Assembly: GCF_902459465.1 (NCBI RefSeq)
Contig: NC_047068.1
Coordinates: 6,572,001 to 6,636,000 of the forward strand
DNA: 64,000 nucleotides
DNA from: Asterias rubens
Lineage: Eukaryota
Reading direction: 5' to 3'
The position numbers were made by a program, and so were the translations under genes. The notes beneath the pieces were generated by a model that had not been told where the DNA came from, ran no database searches, and saw only the letters and a program-made list of their open reading frames with translations. Position 1 is the stretch's first letter. Each line of letters begins with the position of its first letter. Shown here in pieces: positions 1-11,807 of this stretch.

Positions 1-332
1 ATGCACAACATAACAAACCTGTGAAAATTTTAGCTCGATTGGTCGTCGAAGCAGCGAGATATTATTGAAAGAAAAAAACACTCTTCTCGCACCATGGTCA
101 AGCGAAGTTGTGTGCTTTCAGATGCTTGATTTCGAGACCTCAAATTCTAAATCTGAGGTCTCGAAATCAAATTCGTGGAAAATTACCTCTTTCTCGAAAA
201 CTACGTCACTTCAGAGGGAGCTATTTCTCACAGTGTTTTATACTATCAACCTCTCCCCATTACTCGTAATCAAGAAAGGTTTTATGATAATAATTTTTTT
301 GAGTAATTACCAATAGTATCCACTGCGTTTAA
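1..332. mobile_element. MITE family A (TTAA-flanked, Kolobok-like), left end outside window
   Basis: Same internal sequence as 4657-5047; ends with the TIR AATTACCAATAGTATCCACTGCGT followed by TTAA at 329-332. Confidence 0.8.
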
Positions 333-1115
333 GCCTATACACTGATCAGCTATACCAACAGAAAATAGCAAAACATTGAGCTTAGGGTTCGTTGCCTAGT
401 TTGATTATATCTTATAAATTAGTTGATGATGCCGTGATATCGGCGAGTAATTAAATGAATGAACACAGGTTTGATGGTCTTCATTTTCTATCAACTGTGA
501 AAACACAAAGGGTTTCCACAACATTTTCTCAGGGTCACACAAGGTTTATGTGTTTAAAATGTCTATGTTCATGCCTATGTGATACGAAGAAACAACTAAA
601 ACAATTTTCAATCATTGTTTCACAGTCATTTTATTGTAAAACGTAACCAAAAAAAGAATCTGACGACTGATCTTTAATTCCAAAATAATAATCACGTACA
701 ATAAGCCATACAGAAAACACAAAGAAATTGGAACTATACAACTATCAAGATGGAACTATACAATTTAACTATCAGTTTGTGTCAGCAAGATAGCAGGCTA
801 TAATTATTCACGGGTAAGGTTAAAGGGCATAATCCAGCCAGCAAGAATGTCTATTGACTTATCTGATTATCAGAATTGTTGTTCAAACTATAGGCCTTCA
901 TCTGCACCGACACTAGAAAGCAAAATTAAGTTTGATATTGGGGTCAAGAGATGGCGCTTCATGGGTTTCAACATTGAACTCAATTTTACTGACTGGATAG
1001 ACAACTCAGCATATTTGATAGTATGGGTTCGGGTGTCACTGAACTTTATCGCGTTTGCTTCCAACTAGTTTTCCCATGAAAATGGATCTACTCTTTAAAA
1101 TGGGAGTGTGCATTG

Positions 1116-1390
1116 GGCTCAATTTCATAGCGCTGCTTAACATTAAGCAAATTTGCGTGCTTACTGTAGCAGACAAATTTGCTTATGCCTTAGCGTATGG
1201 TTAGCAGAAACATTGCGCGGCCATATTGCGTGTTTACCATGGATTTGCATTGTGACGCCATTTATTTTCGTGCGGTAAGCACCGAAAGGGTAGCATGCAT
1301 TTTCGTGTTCTTACGGTTAGCAGCCCTATGAAATAGAAATTGCACAGTAAGCATAAAATCGGCCGCTAAGCAGCGCTATGAAATTGGGCC
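1116..1390. mobile_element. Harbinger-like MITE
   Basis: TIRs GGCTCAATTTCATAGCGCTGCTTA / TAAGCAGCGCTATGAAATTGGGCC; flanked by TTG/CTG (CWG-type 3-bp TSD with one mismatch). Confidence 0.65.
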
Positions 1391-1924
1391 CTGGTTTGGT
1401 TAGGCCATCCATGCACAACGTCACAATGTTTCAGTTTGCATTTTAACATCACATATAAAATAAGAATAAGTGGGCTGGCTCAACGGCGTATAAATAAGAC
1501 AACTAACTACAATTTCGGTTGAGACAACCAGGCTATGTTGTTATAACCTTAAATATTGTGACAATCATTTTCATGGTGGTTACTTGTAGTATTTATTGGC
1601 ATGGTGAATGAGTAAAACTTCGTACATGAATGAGGAACTAGTAATTAATTGGCATTGGGAAGAGGCAGGCATCTTGAATGAATAAGGAGCTTGTAAATTG
1701 GCACGGTGAAAGAGTCAGTCGCCATGTATTACGAATGAATAACTTGTAAATATTGTCATAGTAAAAGAGTCAGACGTCGTGAACGTACAATTTTACAAGG
1801 AGTTAGTAAATTGGTAGGCGAAAAATTCATGTACAAATATTAAAGCGTCTGACGTACATCCGGCAAGAGGGGACGATACGGCACTCTCCGTGGGAACGTG
1901 GTTGCAACATCATCTTCTGCACTT

Positions 1925-4900
1925 CTAAAACAGCATTGGTATAAGTCTATACGGCACCTTGGCTGTATATTCATCCCACGCTGATCCATACTTAGCCTTA
2001 CATCTATGCTCATCCCGTACACATCGATGCACCAATAAGATGGTCATAAAGATGATGTAGAAGTACGGGTGTAGATGGGTCACACCACACGCCAGACAGT
2101 AAGCCAACGACCCCATAAGATCTCCGGTGTAGTTCATGTGCCGTGCTATGCCCCACCAACCGGAGAGAAGAAGCTTGCTTTGTCGCTTCTTGTTGTCTGA
2201 GCTGTAGTACTCCACCTTCATGTACTTGGGTTTGCTCCCCCAGACGGTGGCCTGGCCGTCGGAGCGACGGAATGAATCCTTCTGGTGGTTGACTGCGCGG
2301 AAGATGTAGTAGCCGGATAGACCGAGGAAAAGGACGCCACCAGCGGCTGCTTGCGAGAGATGGACTGGGTTGAAGACCAAGAAGAAGCCCTGTCGGGAGA
2401 GGGGAGTAAAATAGAAATGCTTTTGAAAAAGTAAAGAGGCAATTATTAATTAACACTATACACTAATGCGCAAAACTTTCAGTGTAAGATATTCTCTTGA
2501 TTAAATTCTTATAGTTTTTGTTTTGTTTTTGTTTTTGTCTTTCATGCAAGTTGCCAGTCACACGAGGCCAGAAGGCCACTTTTAAAGGTGTGGGCTATAA
2601 ATCAACATTGTTTTTCTTCAGAGCCGTTGCCACCTACTCTTGAGGTTAATACAAAGTTACCACCCTTACTGTCCATACTGAGGCTAGGGTATAATGGCTG
2701 GTCGAAAGCACTACCCCAACCTTACGAAGTAATCATTGCTAGTTTTTTGCTTAAGGAGAAAAGTGTCACGACCGGGACTCGAACCCACGCCCTGCTGATC
2801 AGAAACACCAGAACCGTAGTCATAAACAGTGGTGTAACAAGAGGGGCGAGGGCAGGGAAGTCTGCCTCTCGCATAAAACGCTTGCTCCCTTTCCGTTTGT
2901 TTGCAACGTTTACGTACCTGTAGTGTGTACATGGTCGGCAGCCACACTGAGTCTCCCCATCCCAGCATAAAACCAAAATGGTCATGGTGCATGTCAATGG
3001 TGTTCAGGTACCAAGCTTCGTTCCAGAAGAAGTCCACAACATAGATAGCCTGGAGACCATTCACCAACACCATGGAGTTGGTCAAGTGTCCGTGCAACTC
3101 GTACTGCTTCCACGCGTACGACATGTTGATGATCGTCCAGGCTACTATCCCAGGTCGACCGTTGTAGAACAACTTGAAGTCGAACCATTTCCCGATGCGC
3201 GGGTTGAACTCGATCCCCATCAGGAAATCGTAGAGGATGTTCCCACTAAATTTGCGATCGGATTTGAAGGAAGGGAAGAGGTACGCCTTGACCATGGCGA
3301 AGATACTCACACTGTACCCCATGATGTTGGCCATGATCAGCAAGGGGCCGTAATTGTCCACGATGATCGTCGGGGAGAACCAGCGGAAGTGGAAGGCGTT
3401 TGCGAGGAAAAGAGCATTGGAGATGATCCAAGCCTGGAGACCGTTGACTCCGTAGCTAAGACGGTTACCGGCAGGGGTGACGGCACCGAGACACACGCCG
3501 CCACGATACCCAGGGATGATGTAGTGACACACGTCGGGAAGGTACCATAGTATAACCTTGAAGAAACAACAGTCAATATTTAAACTAAGTATTTCCATAA
3601 TTAAGGTGTTTCCAATGTCTATTTTAATTTTTTTTTTCGTTAGCGTAAATTTAGTGAAATCTGTCCCCGAAGATTTGTCATGGGCTGAATGAGGTAGATT
3701 ACAAAGAGGGCGCTGTCCAAAGAAGTTTGTATAGGCAGTTTGTCCGTATGCAATTGTTTTTGTCTGTACACCAAAAGGACCACTGTCGTAGTGCTTCTCA
3801 ATTGGGAAATGTTTCTAATTCGATTTTTGAAAAGGGAATCCTTAAACAAAAAATCAGGAAAATTTTGAGGACTGCAACTCTATACTACAGAAATTGCTCT
3901 CCGTATGATGGAGAGAACCTCCTCCCAACATAATGTCAATGTTTGACCCGGAAATGGTTGACTGATTTAAAGCGAATATCAAGTTTGTTTAAAAAAAAAA
4001 ATCAATTTGCAGCTTAACCTTACCTGGAATGTAAACCAAATTGCGTACAGCGCGGCGGCTTTAGCAGTGACACTTGGGACATGTTGCCACAGTTGCGTCA
4101 AAGTGACGTCACCTGCTACAAGCTTGGTGATTGGCGTGCTCAGTTCACATTGGTAATCTGTACATGAAATGTAGTAATAGATGGGTAGCACGGGGCAACA
4201 GCAAAGGACGAAGAGGACTGCAAGCATGCTCAGTAGATCGACACTCCTGCAAAACAAAATCAGACAACAATCAGAAGTCAGCCAATGTTATTTTCACCAT
4301 AAGTGAGCACGCGTGTCCAAATCGAGGCAGCCAGTGAAGCCACATGTCTCACTCTCGGATTGTATTGGATCAGGAAGCTCATCTAAAACGCTTGGTAATT
4401 TTTTTTTAGTGGACCACTGTTTGTGGCATTCACTCCCTAGCGAAGCTTTGATTTTCCCCGAGAAATCTCAAATCACTGCTTTTCCGACTGACTCAGGCCT
4501 TGACTGAATGGTTTTAACGTTAAAACGTTTATGAGAACTGACATGTGTCGCGACATGTCAGTTCTCAAGAACTTTAACCAGTCAGTCGGAAAAGCTATTG
4601 GTCATTGTTGCCATCACAAGCAAGTTGTAAACCGGTCGTCAGATTTTACTTCAACGTTAAAGACACTGGACACTATTGGTTATTTTCAAAGACCAGTCTT
4701 CTAAATTGGTGTATATCAACATTATACATAAAATATGAAACCTGTGAACATTTGAGCTCAATTATTGGTCGTCGAAGTTGCGAGATAATAATGAAAGAAA
4801 AACACCCTTGTCACACGAAGTTGTGTGCTTTCAGATGCTGGAATTCGAGACCTCAAAATCTAATTCATAGGTCCCGAAATCAAATGTGTTGAAAATAACT

Positions 4901-5425
4901 TCTTTCTAGAAAACTACGTTTTACTTCAGAGGGAGCCGTTTCTCACATTGTTTTATACTATCAACCTCTCCCCGTTACTCGTTCCCAAGTATGGTTTTAT
5001 GCTAATATTTATTTTGAGTAATTACCAATAGTGTCCACTGCCTTTAAAACGAGTTAACACCGTGGTGCAACTAGTTAGCCTGTTTGGGGTATGTGGACAC
5101 TAGGAGTGCACTTTTTTTGTTTGGGTGTATACAGACAAATTTACCCAAACCCTGAGTTTCATATGAATGCAATCACTTTAATATTTCAAAATGGCTTATG
5201 AAGACTTATGTTGGAAAGGTGGGTCTTCGTAACCATGGCCTTTCCCCTATAGAAAATCTCTCATTGACCCGATATTCAAAAAAAGAAATAGGTAAGTAGG
5301 TATACGGTAGCTTACCATGCACGCCCCCACTCTCCCGGCTTCTGGGCATTGCCAGCCCTCTTCTTTGATGAATTCAACGGGTCAGCTTCGCCGCGACGGC
5401 CCGCTAACGGTACTTTTGACTTCAT
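1925..5425 (-). CDS. DHCR7: 7-dehydrocholesterol reductase (ERG4/ERG24 family), 478 aa
   Basis: Exons 5425-5316, 4246-4024, 3556-2918, 2389-1925; all introns GT-AG; total 1437 nt, open frame, TAG stop. Motifs [76 protein letters not shown] match vertebrate DHCR7. Confidence 0.97.
2515..2815 (-). mobile_element. tRNA-derived SINE in DHCR7 last intron
   Basis: Minus strand carries B-box GGTTCGAGTCCC followed by a body and a (CAAAAA)n tail; no complete cloverleaf. Confidence 0.65.
4657..5047. mobile_element. MITE family A, complete (about 390 bp), DHCR7 intron 1
   Basis: TTAA|AGACACTGGACACTATTGGT ... ACCAATAGTGTCCACTGCCT|TTAA. Confidence 0.9.
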
Positions 5426-6275
5426 GTTTGAACTCTCTCAAGTCGAAAGTCACAATGACCGTTTTAGTGCCGCAATACCGTTGGTTTGTTTTATAATACC
5501 GAAATAAATCTCAGCGTCAAAAATAAACCACACTCCTATACTGTGTAAAGATAAATATAACTCACGGCCGAGGTCTATTTCCAGGTGAGTGCAGATCACA
5601 ATCAGCCATTTTGAAATGACCTTTTTGCCACAATGATTAACTACATTGTATTTACGAACACTTTGGTTAATCTTCTCTTATCAGTTTGACACGAAGGGTC
5701 AGAAGGAAAAAATACTTAGGGAAGTTTCGAATTGGAGACTAAGTAGTTTTGGGGTTTTCGTTATCAGGGAATGTCAAGGGTTTTATAACCAGACGTACTA
5801 TAAAATTAAATTATAGTATAGCAGAGTTGGATTGAGCCTATTAGGCTCAAGTTCGTAGATCGAAGGTTGACTTTTAAATCGTTAATTATAGAATGGTGGT
5901 TCCAATTTTGTTGCTGCTTCATAAAGACTGAAGACAAAATCCTCTATCGTTGGATCGATATTGCAGACTTTTGTTCGAATTAAAGGAAAGCGCTTGTCGT
6001 CAATTTAGCAAATAACAACTCGGACTCGGGCAATCTAAAATGTGTGCGCATAAAAAAATATCGAGTTTATACAGCTCGTGGTTTTTCGGTATCAGTTAGT
6101 TGCCCTTTCTTTAAATTATACAGCACCATTTTTTTTCACGGCATCATATTATTTCATTACAAATACAGTACTTTATTTCTTTAACTTTTTTGGGAAATCG
6201 CATTGAAGCATCTATATACAAACAGATTGGCGCTTTATATATTGGCAATTTAGTGTTATTTGTATATTAATAGCG

Positions 6276-6665
6276 TTAAAGGAACACGTTGCCTTGGATC
6301 GGACGAGTTGGTCTATAAAAAATCGTTTGAAACCGTTTGTTATGAATTGATATGGTTGGAAAGATGTTTTACAAGTAGAATATAATGATCCACACAAGTA
6401 TCACTCAAAATTGCACGGTTTTCATTTTACATCGCAAATTAACACGGTCGGCCATTTATGGGAGTCAACTTTTTGACTCCCATAAATGGCCGACCGTGTT
6501 AGTCGACGAGATAAAACGAAAACCACGCAATTGTGAGGCATATTTGTGTAGATCATTGTATTCTACTTTTACAACGTCTTTCTAATCATATCAATTTTAT
6601 AAAAAACGGTTACAAACGATTTTCGAAGACCAACTCGACCGATCCAAGGCAACGTGTTCCTTTAA
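6276..6665. mobile_element. MITE family D (TTAA-flanked)
   Basis: TTAA|AGGAACACGTTGCCTTGGATCGG ... CCGATCCAAGGCAACGTGTTCCT|TTAA; largely palindromic interior. Confidence 0.9.
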
Positions 6666-7364
6666 TGTGAACGTTTATTTTTGTGCGGATTTGACTGTTG
6701 TGTAATTGTGCGTGTCACGATGGCCTGAAGTGAAGGACAATTTATTGTTGCCCTCATAGGTGGACAGGGTTCATTCTGCCCCAAGTCAAATTCCAAAACC
6801 AAGTTAAACAATTATAATTACACATTTCGGAGAAGGCCACACATTTAGAGAGTCCCAAATCATGCCCTGGTCTGTCCACCCCACTCAACCTCAAAACCAT
6901 GGTCCTTGCCACCCCCTTACAACTAAAACCCGTTCTACTACCTTCCTTTGCCACTCCACCCAAACCCCTCTCCCGTCGATCAACGGCCCCCCCCCAGCCC
7001 GCCCATTCCCCCTCCCCCAATCCAACACCCTCTTCCTAGACCACCCAGACACGAAGTTCTAAAACACACTATTTTTTACATTAATCTTGATTGAGATACA
7101 AGTATCTTTATTTACACTTTTTGATATCATCAAATTATTCTTTATTTAAGTCCGTAGATCAACAAACTATTGTGAACAAAACTTCATTGTTCTTTCGAGG
7201 TAGTGAAGGCCGGTCTCAAGTCCAACGGTGACTCATATATAGTTATTACTCACAACTTTTTACTGATGAATTCCAAACTGGTTAAAGGTTAGGCACTATT
7301 TCAATACGCTCCATGGCGTGTGAATTTGAACACGAAATTTTAATATTCAAGTAATAGTATGAGT

Positions 7365-7700
7365 AACATTAATAACAATGATACTAAAACCATTTTTATA
7401 TAGCGTATATCACGTGAGGTACCTAAGCGCTCTAAAGGGAAATCAACCATTTTTGTACAAAGTAAGATATGTTTTTAACCGGGTTTTGATTTGATCTGAT
7501 GTCTCAGCCTGTTTAACAACCTCTGGAAGACTGTTTCATAACTGACTGCTGCATATTGGAAAGAGCAGGAACTGTACGGCTTGGTTTTGATAACTGGGGG
7601 AGTCAGAAGGGATTTATTTGAAGATCGCTAAATCCTTGTTGTTTACACTGCTTTGAAGATAAACCGGGGCAATACCATTGATACATTGATAAGTCAGAAC
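7365..7700 (-). mobile_element. Degraded 3' end of an L2-type LINE
   Basis: Minus strand translates to ...NSLPEVVKQAETSDQIKTRLKTYL (L2 ORF2 C-terminus style), followed by a GCGCT...CGCTATATAA 3' motif and a TAT-rich tail. Confidence 0.55.
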
Positions 7701-8813
7701 CAAAACTTTTAAATCAATTAACATAGGTTTTCTCGGTCAATTTCGGTAAATGGACATTCAATTTAATTTTCGTGCGTTCGAATTAAAGCTATTTTGCCTT
7801 TCCCATATTATTGCGTTTTCAATTTCAGAATTCGGCCTTTCAATTTCGTTTTGAGGCATTCAAGTTCCTTTAGCACTCTGTTCAATTTAGCATATCGTCA
7901 TTTTTGTTTGACAAACAATCATCATTCAATTTAGCAAAGCTGGTTTAAATAGAGATTTCGCTGATTTAATTCATTTCAATTTCGTAAAGAGGCAATCAAT
8001 TTTGCTTATTAAAGATTCAAATAAGTACGACTAAAGAAATATAAATAAGTGCGTACCGTCACTTTAGTTCAGGCAAACCTTTTTTTTCTTTTCTTTATTT
8101 AAGTTTCAAGTTATACCTTTGCAGGGGACCCATGAGGTTAACCCCTCTTCTTTGTTTTAATCTAGTTTCGTTTTTATCGGAGGGAGGGGAGCTTTTTTTT
8201 TTTTAGCTGACCAAGATCTAATTTTGTATTGTGTTTGATTGGATATTGTTAATGTTTGTTCTTCGCCAACCATCAATATGTTGCCAAAAGGTTTTTATCC
8301 CTCAAACATTATTAAGGAAAAACAAGTTAACCAACTGTTTTTAGATTGCACAAATTCAAAAAATGACTGCCCACAAGTTCAAAAAATGACTGCCCAAAAT
8401 AAATTTGAATGACTAAACACATGCCTCAAAAAACTCCTGCGAATTTGAATGCTGCTTTGTTGAATTGTAAACTCGAATGATATTCTTTTTTAATTTAAAT
8501 GACGCAACAGTGCATTTGACTAGTCCTAAAACGAAATCGAACGACTTTTTTCAGTAACACTCGATTTCTAATAGAAATAGAATAGCGTTGCGGTTAAAAT
8601 GGCCGTGCATTTGACGTCATTGATTGTTTTCGCTTTGGTTGTTTTCAGTTAATTGTTGCCATGGAAAAACTGCCAGCGTGCTACTGTTATTAGTTGTACG
8701 GTGTGGTTCCGGGTTGAATCTGACGGATATTCAATTAAGTTTGCCTTCCAATGGTCACTCGCACCGGGCAGCTTTGATAATAAGCGATAATTGATATAAT
8801 TGTTTTCGCCAGT

Positions 8814-9199
8814 TTAAGGCAGTGGACACTATTGGAAATTTCTCAAAATAATTGTTAGCATGAAACCTTTCTTTGTGACAAGTAGTGGGGAGAGGTTGAT
8901 GGTATAAAACATTGTGAGAAACAGCTCCCTCTGAAGTGCCATAGCTTACGAGAAAGAAGTAATTTTCCACGAATGTGATTTCGAGACCTCAGATTTAAAA
9001 CTTGAGTTCTCGAAATCAACCATCTAAACTCGCACAACTTCGTGTGACATGGGTGTTTTTCTCTTTCATTGTTATCTCGCAAGTTCGATGACCGATTGAG
9101 CTCAAATTTTCACAGGTTTGTTATTTTATGCATGTGTTGAGATACACCAACTGTGAAGGCTAGTCTTTGACAATAACCAATAGTGTCCACTGTCTTTAA
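8814..9199. mobile_element. MITE family A, opposite orientation to 4657-5047
   Basis: TIRs GGCAGTGGACACTATTGG / CCAATAGTGTCCACTGTCT, TTAA on both sides. Confidence 0.88.
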
Positions 9200-9358
9200 T
9201 TGTTGACCTGTAAACACTTCCAGCTTGGTATTGTAGTAATAACTAATAGTACGGTCAATTTCACCTTCTCGTGGTTACCCGCGCCAGCTTTAATAATGAC
9301 CAATCTGGAACGCCCCTGTGATATTGGTCTGCATTGGGTTCGACAAAAGCACCACAGC

Positions 9359-9390
9359 TATAAACACTGAAAACGGCAAAGTCAATCAGT
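9359..9390 (+). promoter_or_regulatory. TATA box plus Inr-like TCAGT upstream of lectin L1
   Basis: TATAAA at 9359-9364 and TCAGT at 9386-9390 (29 bp spacing); same arrangement upstream of L2, L3 and L4. Confidence 0.55.
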
Positions 9391-9644
9391 CGTTTTAACA
9401 CTAGCTTTCTGCCAACAACAGTTTGGAATTATTTCAAATCCCGATATATCTTTCTGTTATACGGTTTACTTCAAAAATCATTTTAAAAAACGAGACAAGT
9501 TTTATTTCTTGTTCTGGGTTTATGAAAAGACACTCTGAGGCATTTGGTCCATCTTTGTCTGGTGACGGCGGTCTGAAAACATTTTAAACGTTCAATTAGT
9601 TAATCTTTGACAATAAATTTCGAGCATTCTCAGGAATTTACAAG

Positions 9645-10266
9645 ATGCGTATAGTTCAAGTGTTGAGTCTTGTTCTTGGAGTTTACTGTGGCCGTCTATT
9701 AGCTGAAATCTGCCCTCCTGATTGGCACCGATACGGCGAGTCATGTTACTTCATTATAAAGGACAAGATGGATTGGTACCAAGCAAATCGCACTTGTGCC
9801 GAGTCACGAGCAAACCTAGCCATCCCAAACTCTCAATCCGAACAGGATTACATATGGGAACTATTCCTGAAAGAACCTGATCTGACAACAAATGACCATC
9901 TTTGGATTGGTTGCAATGACATATTGGAGGAGGGAAACTGGCAGTACTGTCCGTTAAACGGTGATGATACCAAAGCCTATGAGAATTGGGCGGATGAAGA
10001 GCCAAATGACTATAACGGTGGTGAAGATTGTGGTGTCCAAGACAAGAGGAGGGGGTGGTACATGGAACGATGACCACTGCGAAAACTCTCACTTTGCCGT
10101 ATGCGAGCTCCCTGTTAGCAGTGGTGGCCGCCTCACTCCTCAGTGCCTGCTACACCACGCCATGGGTGAAGGCATCGGATCATGTGGGAAGGCTTGCCGT
10201 TCACATCCCCGATGTCACTCCTTCAATCTGCCTAAACAAGCTGGAGGGAAGATGGTTTGTCCATGA
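9645..10266 (+). pseudogene. C-type lectin L1 (signal peptide + CTLD + PAN-like tail) with +1 frameshift
   Basis: ORF 9645-10073 continues in ORF 9961-10266. GAGGAGGGGGTGGTAC has one more G than paralog L5 (GAGGAGGGGTGGTAC), and the shift falls before WND. Could be a homopolymer assembly error. Confidence 0.8.
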
Positions 10267-10639
10267 AGCAGTAAGGATAAGTAGGAAACGAAGGAGACAT
10301 GAAGGAGAATATGGAGGACAACGGATTGTCATCTATTGATGAATATCGAAACTTTCAATTCTTTGTGTTTAGTGATGATTGTTTTTGTGAGGTACTCACT
10401 ATCTGTGTTTTCTAGTGGATGGTAAATTCAACGGCTATGTATGAGGTATGTTGACAATTATATCGTGTAGTCAAAGTGAAGCCGTAGTTTTATAAACGTA
10501 TGTTATAGAGGGGGCGAGGGTGGCAGGCAGTAGTCGCATGTAACGTTGGCGCAAGCTAGGTCAATACAATGTAATGGTACCAATTTGGCAACTGACACAG
10601 CCTGCAGTCGCCATTTCCGCTCGTAAAATATACCTTCTT

Positions 10640-10720
10640 GAACAAGATTGAAGGAAGATGGTTTGTCTAGAAAGCAGCAAGGGTCATAGAAAACGGCTAC
10701 AGGAGAAAATGAAGGACACA
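10640..10720 (+). pseudogene. Orphan degenerate copy of the lectin 3' end
   Basis: GAAGATGGTTTGTCTAGAAAGCAGCAAGGGTCAT resembles the lectin stop region GAAGATGGTTTGTCCATGAAGCAGCAAGGGTCAT; equivalents near 19630-19710 and 25290-25370. Confidence 0.6.
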
Positions 10721-11272
10721 ACAACTGATAATCAAAACAAAAAATTAAATTTGTAACTCTCGGTGTTTAATTAAGACATGCACTTTTTGTGAATTATTGT
10801 TCTGTCATATACTTATTAAAATTGCTGTTTTGTTTTATAAATGATTGATATATGCTGGCAACTATCAAGTAGTTGAGTTTAGCTGTTGTGCTATGCTGTA
10901 TTTGAACCTTTTCACAATTTTTAAGAAGTATAAATTGTTTGTGAAATCATAAACATATTCTGCACCTTAGTTGTAAACACTTGTCATGTAGATATGGACA
11001 TTGATTTTAGTGCGAGGTGTTAAGCTCCACACATTCATGTGAATGATTTGAAATAGAGTCATCGTTTGGTGTTCGTAAACGCAATGCTCATGTTAATGTA
11101 AAATTATCACGAAAAATAAAGTTAAAAGCCCACTGTGAAAGTTTGAATGCAATGAATACTTGTTGAGTAAACAGCAAAACCTCGTCCCAGATTTTTTATT
11201 ACAAGATCTAACCACCACGTATAGTGAGATGACAGTGGGCACCAAACGCACAGCGCGGAAAATTGATTCACC

Positions 11273-11496
11273 TTAAAGTCACCTGGAAATAGAATTTTTA
11301 TTTTGTCAAACATAAGAGTATATGTTTAGTAACAATTAAACAATTGTTTTAGTAATTGTTTGTAACGATATATATGTTAAAAAAATAGAAAAAGTTGTTT
11401 GGGGGTTGACTCCGCCTACCCCATTTGTGACGTCACATTATTATATTAGTGACAAAAGCTTTACTTTGACAAAATACCACTTCCAGGTGACTTTAA
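11273..11496. mobile_element. MITE family E (TTAA-flanked)
   Basis: TTAA|AGTCACCTGGAA ... TTCCAGGTGACT|TTAA. Confidence 0.8.
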
Positions 11497-11807
11497 GCCG
11501 AGTTTTGACATTTCTGAAATAATATTTCACTTCACAATATACTTACTATACCTTAACTGTCTAAATAGCATGGAGCCTTTGGAATAGAAATTACATAATT
11601 TGTTTATTTTAAGGTAATTAAGGGAGTTATGACACGTCATTCGATCCCATTCAACCAAAGTGAAGATTCATTCTAACCCTCACAAGAAGCACACCATTCA
11701 ATCAAGCCATGAAAAGAACAAACGTCTTCAATCAATCCGTTTGGGCAACTTGCCTGTGCCCCTACTGAATGGTTGATGCATCATATCGCTTGCTGCCAAC
11801 GATGAAC

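Noticed and set aside
65-316. Short ORFs inside family A and other MITEs (e.g. 65-316, 4605-4892, 8755-9082, 29254-29466, 36671-36886, 56127-56309)
   Set aside because: Chance ORFs in a high-copy non-coding element; frames are not conserved between copies.
2770-2810. tRNA gene (B-box GGTTCGAGTCC); similar signal at 51713-52000
   Set aside because: No complete cloverleaf; SINE-like body and tail follow.
2978-3550. 190 aa plus-strand ORF
   Set aside because: Antisense shadow of the DHCR7 exon.
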